This document shows, piece by piece, positions 11,427-22,766 of a stretch of 64,000 bases of DNA (position 1 is its first letter; every line of letters starts with the position of its first letter). The DNA is from Paraspadella gotoi. Its lineage: Eukaryota > Animalia > Chaetognatha. The notes under the pieces were generated by a model. That model did no database searches and had not been told where the DNA came from. It saw nothing but the letters and a program-made list of their open reading frames with translations. The DNA lies in contig JBJCIZ010000239.1 of the NCBI GenBank assembly GCA_051294375.1, positions 3,530,461 to 3,594,460 on the forward strand, given 5' to 3'. The translations under genes and the position numbers were made by a program.

Positions 11427-11589
11427 GGCATTAAAAAGCGTTTTAAACGATTAAAAGTCGGAAGTATCTGATGTGTTTTTTAATTAAACATTACCGTTTA
11501 TATGATTTTATTTCTTTCTTTGTAGCATATGAGATAAACATCTTTTAAGATTACAGAACAATTATTTGTGAATACTGCGTTTAGTGGGC

Positions 11590-11846
11590 TGAAGAGTGCT
11601 ATCCATAACTTCTTTGACCCCACAGGCATCCATGGAACGGGTCCTGGGCATTAAACCAGGATTAAGGATTTTCCACGCTCCCAAGGCGGTTTCCGGCCGT
11701 CCTCACTGTTCCAGCAGGGAAGGTAGCGGGTTGGGATTGAACCCGGTAGCTTATAGCTATTAGCCGCTGGCTTTACTCAATGAGCCAACGGATCATGGCT
11801 GCAGGAGTCAAGCTTATAGGCGGGGTGAACTTAGGCAATTCCCGAC
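11590..11846 (-). mobile_element. tRNA-derived SINE (duplicate at ~21400-21655)
   Basis: The minus strand has an A-box-like TGGCTCATTGAG and a B box GGTTCAATCC. The body GTGAGGACGGCCG...CCGCCTTGGG...CCCGTTCCATGG recurs at ~23280, ~34380 and ~42790-43085; part of the head recurs at ~40190. Confidence 0.75.
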
Positions 11847-13753
11847 GTTTTTAAAGTTCAGTTTCAGAACAATTATGAATTAAATTTTTTTTTAAACAAA
11901 CTACTTTTAAAAAGAGCATGAAAGTAGTTATATTTTCAAGAAGTTCTATTTCGCGAAACATTAATTTTGACAAAAAAAATATTTTAACTCTAAATTTACA
12001 TCTAACGTCAGGAAAAAAAAAACTGTATACGTGTATAAATATATTACCAAAAAAATTTCTCCCCTGGACTTTCCATTCCTTTTCCAAAAACTCGTATGCA
12101 AAAAAATAAAAATAAACAAATGAAATAATATATTTCAAAAATGATCTCATACTTGAGGATGATGACCAAGTTGCCTTTTACGCTGCTCTAAGTTTTGGCA
12201 ATGCTGCTACCACCTTTCTGGGTTTAGATGAAGTTATCATTCTTATCTTATTCCTTTAGCTTTTTGAGAGCAATAGCTTTTGTTTTTGTAATTGTTTGTT
12301 GTTAAATGGAAATAATTTGCCTGGACTTTTCCTTCCATCTGCCATCATCGCTAGAGGCCACCAGTCTGCTTCACAAAGACAAAGATCCCCGCTGAATGCC
12401 CAATCGTTCTGGTTTGAAACTTGTGTCCCCATTGCACGTGTATTGATATGTTTTGCCGTCACTAACCAAAAACTGCCGCCATAAAGGTGGATGGTGTGCC
12501 TTTGCTAACATTAGCTTTGTTGCTGCCCGGATAGCTTATAGTTATCAACTCTCTGCCCACAACCCTAGACAAATTAAAAAAGAGAAAAGAATAAAAAAAA
12601 TTATAGTAGCTTATTTTTTATTTTATTAATTCATCCGTCTTTTTACCGCTGATGATTATATTTGCATGATCACAAACAGCTTTATAAGTATGATCATTAC
12701 TTTTTCTAAAATTGTACTGATATTAATGGAGTTCTTGTATTTTTTTTATTTTTCCAAACGTCACATTATTATTAAAAGTGTTTATCATTGTATTTTGCGG
12801 CTACTGACGATGCCCATTTCCCTCTTACAGTGATCTTTTAAATATTTAGTAAATACTATTTTTTCACATCAGCCTTTATTTAAGTTTTTTGTTACTACTG
12901 CTAATTTTCTTTAACTTTCTTAGAGCTGATGAATAATGGACGTCATTTTATTTTTGTACTTTGACATCAGCATTTACTATTTCCATTATCATTTGGCCTC
13001 ACTGTTTGATTCTTTAATTCCTTTAAATTTCTGTAAATATTTTTTACATCGACATAATCACAGGTTCATTTACTTAGTATTTAGAGATTTTTTTTTATAT
13101 AGCTGATGATATATGAACTTCTTTTATTTTTTTTTTACTTTTCAATGTCATCAGCGTTACATATTTCCTTAATATACTATTTACCCGTTAGCATTACCAT
13201 CCCCAGTTCATGCGTCTCTGTAATTCCAGTCAAAGAGCTCCTTTCCCAAGAGTCTCAGTTAGGGTTATTCCTTTCCCAGCCCTTAGTTCCACACGATGCC
13301 ACTCAGTGACATTCGAGGTCACAGTGTGACATCTTTTCCAGAGGCAGGGCACTCGATCCTCATTCCTCCCTCTCCCCTCCTCTCCCGAGGATCCGTTCCT
13401 TCCGTAACTCTCCGCGTTCTCGAGTCCTACTAACTCCTTCTTTTCTAATACTTTCGGCCAGCGACTTTCCCTGAATAACATTACCGTTGCGATATAAGTC
13501 TTCTTCTTCAGCTAATTTACAAACCAAGTCCCTAACCTTAATAATTAACCTAATCCTTAACCTAATCTTTATCCCTAACCTCTAACCTAATTTTTAATTT
13601 AAAAAATTAACCCAATTTCAAATTAAACAAAAAAAAAATAGATGTAAACTCGTACAGGGAAAAAAATAATGCTTCAAATTTTCTAAAAAAAACAACTTAA
13701 TTTTACAAAAAACTGACTTAACGGAATGAGGCGTTTTTTTGCCTCTTTCTTAC

Positions 13754-14744
13754 GAGTAAACAGAAATGGAGCCGAGAATACGGCGTCTCGACCTTGGCAC
13801 TCAGAGAACGGTTGGTTGGCGTAGGTCGACGTCTCAATGCCGCGCGCTCGAACGCCCAGTTCCAGCACGGATTCCAACTCGCGTATGCTCGTGCGGTGAA
13901 CCTCGAAGAGAGCGTCTAATCCCGGGGACGGAGGAGAAGGGGGGAGGGGGAAGCTTGAGACGTTGCTTGTTATGCTTGTTATGCTGTTATGGTTATGGTG
14001 ATAATTTTTTTTTTTTGGGGTGGGAGAAGGAGGACAAAGACGAAAGAGAAAAGTCGCGTTATGAGACAGATTGGTTAGTTTAGAATTTAGTCGATTTTTT
14101 TTTTTTTTTTTGACGCGAGTAGTGGCGTTTTTCGCTTTTTTTCGCTCGGTCCTTCTGTCTATAAATATTATATTAAAACCAAACGTTCGTCATATAAAGT
14201 TAGAGTAGGGCCAAACTTCGTCAACTTCGAGTACTCCGCGCGCAACTAAAAAAAGAGAGTGAGAGCAATGCGACCTTTTGAACGCTTGCAGGCTCGTTTA
14301 TTTTTTTTTTCTAATAAATTGAGATCAGCGAAAATTAGAAGTGAGAAATGAGAAGCGAGTTGTGAAAATTGAGACGGGGGAAAAAAAAAAATGAGAATTG
14401 ACAAATTTCTTCTCAGTTTCTCACCTTCCGTCGGAGAAATTAATTCTCCGCGCTTCGTAGTTCCGCGTCATGTTCCCGAACACGACCGTTTTAGACTAGA
14501 GGAGGGAAGAGATAGAGAGAGAGAGGTAGAGAGAAAGATAGAGAGAGAGACTATTAAATAAACGAGAGAGGGAAAGAGGAAAGACAATCAATCGAATCCC
14601 TTGCTCGATTACATGCTTGGTTTTGAGGTTTCGATGATTGCTCATGATGGGACGGAGCAGCGGCGCCGACGCCGTCGTGGTAAGCTGGGTGAGGAAAGAT
14701 TGGGGCGATCGGGAATAAGGGTAAGGTTTATACGGATTGAACAT
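13754..14744 (-). pseudogene. Partial duplicate (exons 1-3) of the uncharacterised gene at 820-4904
   Basis: Same exons as copy A, with an indel in exon 2 and no downstream exons. Probably an artefactual duplicate. Confidence 0.5.
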
Positions 14745-14957
14745 GAATAGAAACGAATCAACAATTGTCATTCGTTTTGTTTACAGATCGTTTCTTATTT
14801 TGTTTCTTCGTTTAAAAAGAGAAAAGATTGAATTTCACAACGAATTTTCGTTTTTTAATTTGCAAACATGTTTCGAATAGTTTTCTATTCATCGTCAGTG
14901 CAAAAACAAACAAACAAACAAACAAACAAACAAGTTTAGGCAATGTTAAAATTAAGT

Positions 14958-15016
<59 letters not shown>

Positions 15017-18000
15017 GACACTTTCATAGTATGGTGGACTAAAATCTATCAACCGGTCATCAGTGGTCATTGTTGCGGGAGGCAAGTCATTCGCCTCCCA
15101 ACCAAAATATCCGGCGTTCTAGCCCGGCGTTCGCCTCGCAGTTAAGAGGGACGGGGCGCTTGTAAAACGATGTTACAGCCTGATCCGAGCTCAGGGATTG
15201 CTAATAAGCAGTGCTTATAGTGAACGGTTCTGTCATTAACTCGGAACAATTATTACTGTCTCTTAAGTAGTTATTATTTGGAGGAAACTTTTTGTTTTTC
15301 ACGCTTTCTATACATTATGAATTTTCTAATTAGTCATCATGAACGGGTTGTTAAATTTGACAAAAAATGTCGTCTTCACTCACTTTCGTTTCCATCTCAT
15401 TCGTTTTATTCTATCAAATGTAAACAATTTTTAAACATTAACGAACTGTTACTAATTTTAGTTTAAATATTTACTTCTTAAATTCAGTCTTTACATGTCA
15501 TTACCAGGTTTTAAAAAAGTTATAAAAATGTCAACTTCACTCACTTTCGTTTCCGTCTCATTCGTTTTTTTCCATTTCGTTAGAAGATGACTATAAAAGA
15601 AGAAGCCAATGGTAGTTTTTGTATATTATCAGACCGGAAGATGTGGAATGACGTCAATATTGTGATTCTTAAGTATCGTTTTAATTAAGTTTTAAGTTTT
15701 CTCGTGGAGAAAACTTAAAAAAAGTATCAAAATTTCCCCTTTCTTTTTCAAAATATTTGCCTTTTATTATTTTCGTCGATACTGCCGCTTACAAATTTAT
15801 GAATCCGATGGCTAATTTTTCTCTTAAAGTTTCATTTTCTTTTAAAATACAAATTTCGCGATTCAAACTAAATTATTTAATTTAAACCTGATAATTTTAT
15901 GTCAAAATAATTATAAAATGAAAAAAGAAAATAGGACAAGCTCTTCAGACACAAAGCTATCGGAAACGCGAAATTCAAAGTAACAGGAACATATAGCAAT
16001 CCCGTTTGCAATTTTAAGTATGTAAACTTTCCCTTTCATTTCTATAATAAAAATGAGGTTTGAAAATTCTCTGAAGATGAGGAATGCATTTCCCCTGGCT
16101 TGTTTGATATCAAATATTTATCCTTTATCCTTTATGCGATAAAATGAATAGGACAAGCTCTTCAGATGTAACACTATCGGAATCCTGCGTTTTTACAACT
16201 GATTTCTACCCGAATTTCTGGCAATCGCGTTTGCAATTTGGGTAGTCAGATTTGAACGGAACTTTCTATTAGATTTTTTAAATTGAGATTCTCGTCTAAT
16301 TTTGTCCAAAGACCTCGTTCCCGGCCAATCAGATAAGTTATTTGAAGAGTATTTCTATCAAATGTAAACAATTTTTAAACATTACAACCAGTTACTAATT
16401 TTAGTTTAAATATTTACTTCTTAAATTCAGTCTTTGCATGTCATTACCAGGTTTAAAAAAAGTCATAAAAATGTCGACTTCACTTACTTTCCTTTCCATC
16501 TCAATTTGGTTTTTCCATTTCGTCCAAAGACCTTGTTCCCGGCCAATCAGATAAGTTTTTGAAGAGTATTCCTATCGAATGTAAACAATTTTTAAACATT
16601 AATGAACAGTTACTAATTTTAGTTTAAATATTTACTTCTTAAATTTAGTCTTTTCTTGTCATTACCAGGTTTAAAAAAAAGTTATAATCCCAAGACAGCT
16701 TATGAAAATTGCAAAATTACTTGTTTCACTATCTTTATTTTTTGTTTTTTAGATTTAAAATGACTATTATTTATGATTTTATTTATTTGTTAAAATATTT
16801 TTGTGTTAAATATAATGAAATTGGTACAACCAATATAAAAATTATCCATTCATTTAATAAATAAGCTATCTTGCCCCTGACTTTGGACAGGCTTTGGTGG
16901 TTTAAGGCCTCCATCACTCTTACAAGATAATGACATAGCAGGTTCCTGCAAGCTTTCAATCAAGACTCTCTCACAGTCTCGTTTATTCACTCCCAGAGTA
17001 CCTGGCTTCCCTATCAATGAAGTGGAAAATATTTCAAAGAATGTTTCAATTGTATGAAAAGACCACTCCCTTAATATATTTATCTAATATTATTTATCTG
17101 TTTGGGATGGGGACGTTAGTGTTGTCTTCTGGAAATAGAGGGTGCATCTACACAACACAAGGTTAGATTACTTTCGGTTATGTTAATTATTCAAAAAAGT
17201 GCTAAAATACCCATTGGTTAAAATTTAACTGAATTCGGCGAATGTAAATGCAAACCTTACCCTTCGTTCATATTGGACGGCCGCGTCGCGAGTCGATTTT
17301 TTTTCCTGTTTAATAATACGCAAACGTCTGCTGAAAAATTCCGAAAATATTGCTTTTTTTTAAAAACATCGGTCCATCCAATGTGTGCGCCGCAGTGACT
17401 TTCTTATTCCGTCTTTTATTCTTTGAAGTTTTATAATTCTGGAAGTCGGCGCGAGCAGTCACTTAGATTTGAGGTTTTTTTTTTTTCCTGTCTTAACAAA
17501 TGAACAACTCACTATGAGCGAGTTATGAGCATTTTTGATGTTAGTGGGACAGATCGACGGACGGACATACATACCGACCGACCGACCAAAAAGTGACTCG
17601 CGGCGCCACTAAAAACTGACTTAACGAACATCAATTCGGATAAACAGAAGTCAAGTTTTGGAATAAGAAGTTTCTAGCTGAACCATGACCCTCTTCCCCC
17701 CCCCCCCCAAAAAAAAAAATAAAATAGAAGAGCGAGAGAGAATCGAGGAGAGAGAGACCAACGAACTTACCTATTTCTCATTATTCTAAAAATTTAAGGT
17801 AAAAAGTTTTAATAAAAAGTTTTCTACAGTATGATTCGTCGGTAATGTCTTTGCCTAATCTCGCATTCTACCTCGTACTGAAACTTTTTTTCAGAATTAA
17901 AAAAAAAATATTCGGCAGGAATAAAAAGGAATGTTTATTGTGTTGGAAATACTAATTATTACTACTAACAATTATTACAATAAGTGATTAGGAGTCTGCC

Positions 18001-18714
18001 ACCAAGTGTTGTGCGTAGGGACAATATACAATTTGTTTTTATATGTACAGTATGGACAGTTAGAGAGATCTCGGGTTACACACGATTACACATGAAACGT
18101 TAACATGTAACAATAAATTTTAAATACTGAAGCCGCAAAAAAAAAATAACAAAAAAAAAAAAAAAAAAATTAATCAATAATTTTGAAAGTTAAACGATAA
18201 CGTAAATCTACTGTCATTAATCACAATGCTAAATCGAATAAATTAATTAAAAAAAACAAAAAAAAAAAAACTACTTCCTCTGTGTTGAGGCAAATCCTCA
18301 CTCTTCCGAAACATTAAATTCGCAGCGTATCGAACGTTAAGCTAAAAACATTCGTGGACAAAACAGAAAATCGAAAACAAAACAGATTTCGAGGCGAAAC
18401 GTTGAGTCGAAAATAGTTTACTATTCGTAAATTCCATCGGTAGTTTGTTAAATAAGTGATGGATACGGCTTTAACTTATTATCTTAAAACTTAAAAGATA
18501 CATTTCACCACATTTTATCGGGGGAAAAATAAATACAAGTTCGGTGAAAGAAAAGGAAAACAAAAATAAATATATGGCACGACGAAACTAGAAACAAAAA
18601 CATGAAATTGTTTCCAAAAAAAAAAAAAAAAAAAAAAAGTATGAGAAAATACGAAATTGAATTTGTTCTATAAAAAAACGAAATTGGGGGGGAAGCGCGA
18701 TTCCCTTTTGTCTC

Positions 18715-20305
18715 TCATTCTCCCGGTTTCCGCCGCGCCAGCTGCTGCAGCAGTTTCGACAGTCGACGCACGGCCAGCCTGTTGCGTACGAGGACGCGCA
18801 GCATTTCCGTCTCGTTGTCAACGACGAGTTTCGTTTCCCGGGAAACGCGAGACGGCGTCGTCGTCAAACCGAACTCCCGACGAGGTCTTTCAGGACGGGA
18901 GGACCTGCGAGTTGACGGAGTTTTCGAACTCGACCACGCTCGTTCGCAGGTCGCGTCCGCGGCTCGGGCGAAGTCGGCGGCGCTGGAAAGGTTGCGGCGA
19001 AGGAGGTGAGGTTAGCGACGACTTGGGGAAGGTAAGTGCAGTCGACCGTCGCCGCTTCAGAGTCGTCGGGGAGAGCGAGTATGGGAAAGTCCTGGGTGTT
19101 GAGGGAAGAGAGGGATTTGGAGTTGAGTTGAGTCTTTCTTTCCTTCTTTCTTTCTTTCTTTCTTTCTTTTTCTTTTCTTTCTTTCTTTCTTTCTCAAAAA
19201 TCCCTCACGGTCACTCTGGTTAAAGCGTGAAGGGTGTTGGCATAAACACGCCAGCGACATGGGCTCGTCACTGCAGGTCCAAAGCCCTGAGCGGCAGATT
19301 GTCCGGAAATTGCCATAAAAAAAGTCATTAACGAAGCAAACAAACAATTAACAAACAAACAAACAAACAAACAAACAATCAATTAATCACCTTAATCGCC
19401 TCCTTTTCGTAACTGAGGATGTTGACCCCAGGCTTGATCTCCAACGCCACCGCTTCCGCTTTTCTCTCAAACTCGATCGCCGATTCGCTGTAGCTCATCG
19501 TCTTTTGCAAAAAGTGCGCGTCTGCCCCGTGTGGACGCAAGAGGCCCTCGTCGGGGCCGCGAAGTGAACCGCGTCGGTAGCGGCGCTCGCGTTAGACCTT
19601 GTCGTCGCCGCGAGGATATCGAGAAGAACTCCGGTTCTTTTCCGGCCCACGGCGCCGGGAACGAGGTCGGCGTCGTCGAGCGCCGTAGCCTTGGCGCCGT
19701 CGAGGAATTCCGCGGTGGCGCCGAGAGTGACGTTGCCGACGGCGCCGGTTTCCAGCGGCGTGTCCGGCGTGCCTCTCTTCCATCGATGGCCTGATCCGAA
19801 ATCGTAACCGTTTTCGGAGGCGTCGTCGACTTCAGTGGTGACGCTGCCGACGGCGACGCCGACGGCGCCGCCGACGCCGACGTCTCCGCTGACGCCGGTG
19901 GCCTCTCGGTCAGTTTTTATGTTTTGTTGCGTAAACTCACAGCCTGAATTGTGAAGGGTCGTTGGATGAGTTCATTTGGTGAGGTTCTTTCCTGACGTGA
20001 CGTCAAATTATGTCACAAAACGCATTTATTTTTTAACTCACCTCGGGCCACTACGCCAACGATCGCTCCCAAGATAAACATTGAGCCGAAGAGCAAAGTT
20101 AGGCGGAGAAAGTTTTTTTTCGTGAAAAGTTTCCGCCATTCGCTTTTTTCCTCATCGAGGTCGCGATCGGTAAGGTTTCTTCCTCGGGATCGTTCAGCGG
20201 CACTGCGACGAAGTCTTCGTCGTTCGGCGCCGCTTCCGCATCGGCGTCTCTCGGCGCCGGTTCCAACTCGAATTCCATCGTCGGATGAATTTGGTTCGAA
20301 GGCAT
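18715..20305 (-). CDS. Helical cytokine-like precursor, copy B (frameshifted as assembled)
   Basis: Exons 20305-20042, 19943-19391 and 19091-18715. Several single-base deletions relative to copy A. This copy supplies the in-frame exon 1/2 junction VARGCEFTQQNIKT. Confidence 0.55.
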
Positions 20306-22766
20306 CGTTTAATTTTTTTCCCGTTCGGCGGTCGGAAACAAATTTTCGAAAAAGTTTTTTTAATTCGGAACAAATTTTCGAAATTTTCGAGATTGCTACA
20401 ATTTGTCGTTTCGGTCTTGGTCCAATCGAGGCGTTACTCGGACGCGAGGGCGACGACGGTTTATAAAGGATCCGAGATCGGGGGGGAATCCCCACCTCGC
20501 GGTGAATTCCAGTTTCCATCTCGGAGAAATATTTCGTCGTCGTCGACCTCGGGGGGAAAAAGCCAGGATTGCGACACTTGTTAGTCTTTTGGTTTCCTTT
20601 TCGATCGATCGGTTTTCGAAGGGTATCCCTGAAGCATCCAGGATTTGCCTCTTGGGCGAAGAGGAGGAGGAAAAAACGGATGAGTCATGGTGACGTGAAA
20701 CGAAAAAATTCGGTCATTTTGAAAAAAAAAGTGAAGGGGGAAAAAAAAACAACTAAACGAGTCGAGACGAAGAAGAAAAAAAAAGTACAATGACAACCAA
20801 AATATTGTGATTTCTGCGACGGGCGGAAATGATTTTAGTTCGTGACTTTTATCGATTATTATTTATTATTAAATTGTGGTTTATTACTTCGATCTTTTCC
20901 TAGTACATATACTAATCGTTACTAGAAAATACTGTTACGTATAATGTAAGTATAAGTAAAGTAGAGAGATAACTAAAGCTCGAATTATAGTAAAGGGAAC
21001 TCTGAATGAACCATGTTCGGACTTTATAAAGGTCAGAGAGAGAGAGAAGTGATTCTGATGAGATCTGACAACCAAAACGCGACCATTCCACTTTCACAAA
21101 TCCCAATCGCAGGAAGCAAGGGGGCTCATGGTGCGTCGTTGATACAGCGTTGGCCAATGGGAAGTTCCGCGAAAGTCTGTGCGAGAATATTGCAAGAGAC
21201 GGAAAGAACTCTGCTGGCGCAATATGGAAACTTCCGGCATTAAAAAGCGTTTTAAACGATTAAAAGTCGGAAGTATCTGATGTGTTTTTTAATTAAACAT
21301 TACCGTTTATATGATTTTATTTCTTTCTTTGTAGCATATGAGATAAATACATTTTAAGATTACAGAACAATTATTTGTGAATACTGCGTTTAGTGGGCTG
21401 AAGAGTGCTATCCATTAACTTCTTTGACCCCACAGGCATCCATGAACGGGTCCTGGGCATTAAACCAGGATTAAGGATTTTCCACGCTCCCAAGGCGGTT
21501 TCCGGCCGTCCTCACTGTTCCAGCAGGGAAGGTAGCGGGTTGGGATTGAACCCGGTAGCTTATAGCTATTAGCCGCTGGCTTTACTCAATGAGCCAACGG
21601 ATCATGCTGCAGGAGTCAAGCTTATAGGCGGGGTGAACTTAGGCAATTCCCGACGTTTTTAAAGTCAGTTTCAGAACAATTATGAATTAAATTTTTTTTT
21701 AAACAAACTACTTTTAAAAAGAGCATGAAAGTAGTTATTTTCAAGAAGTTCTATTTCGCGAAACATTAATTTTGACAAAAAAAATATTTTAACTCTAAAT
21801 TTACATCTAACGTCAGGAAAAAAAAAACTGTATACGTGTATAAATATATTACCAAAAAAATTTCTCCCCTGGACTTTCCATTCCTTTTCCAAAACTCGTA
21901 TGCAAAAAAATAAAAAATAAACAAATGAAATAATATATTTCAAAAATGAAAAAAAAAATTTGCGATCGGGAGCGAAAATTAATTTAACGTGTCGTCATCG
22001 GAAAATCTCGTNNNNNNNNNNNNNNNNNNNNNNNNNCGCGAATGAAACGCGGGTTCTTCACAGTTTAAATCGGGAAACATGACCTGGTTCAAGGTTTTGC
22101 CTTAACTCGGCTGGCTAAACCTGGGCTTCGGTGGATTTGCCTGAAAAACGATGTTCTTTTGTCGACTGATGTTTGAGCTCACCGCTAAATGTCGTTGGGT
22201 AAGAAGAGTTATTCTCTGCAATAAGAGATAAACAAAAGACTTTAGAATCTAGGTTTTTTTTTTCTCGCAAAAACTTTGGTCCCAATTAATATAAAACTCA
22301 ATTTTAAGCTCAAACCTTACTGTCTAACACTCATATTATAACAATCATAATAAGAAAAAGGTTAGCTTTGGGTCAATTTTTTTTTTAAAAATTACGCAAT
22401 GAAAGAAAACGAATCGCAGCAGAATTCAAAAGGTAACGTCAAAAGCCTAATAATATGAATATATAAAACAAAAACGATAAGAATGTTTAAAAATACGTGG
22501 TCAATGAGAAAAAAAAAACGGAGATCTTCATGCAAACATTATAAAACTGTTTCATATAAAGATTCAAACAAAAAAAACAAAAAAAACTAAAACGTGAGAA
22601 GCAACGAAAGAAATTATGAATCACGATTTTGTAAATCAAAAAAAAAAAAAAAAAAAAAAAATGGCGACCCCCGCCGGTTTCCGTCGCAACGACAGCCAAT
22701 GTCTCAACGTCGCGCCATCGATCGCCACGCCCACCGTCATTTCCGTCCCGCGTCCAAAAACCCCAG

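Larger units (their letters stand above)
3663..12147. repeat. Segmental duplication copy A (paired with 13512-21948)
   Basis: Collinear, near-identical sequence at an offset of about 9.8 kb. Differences are mainly single-base indels. Confidence 0.95.
13512..21948. repeat. Segmental duplication copy B (paired with 3663-12147), ending shortly before a 25-N gap
   Basis: Collinear near-identity with copy A. The gap is at 22012-22036. Confidence 0.95.
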
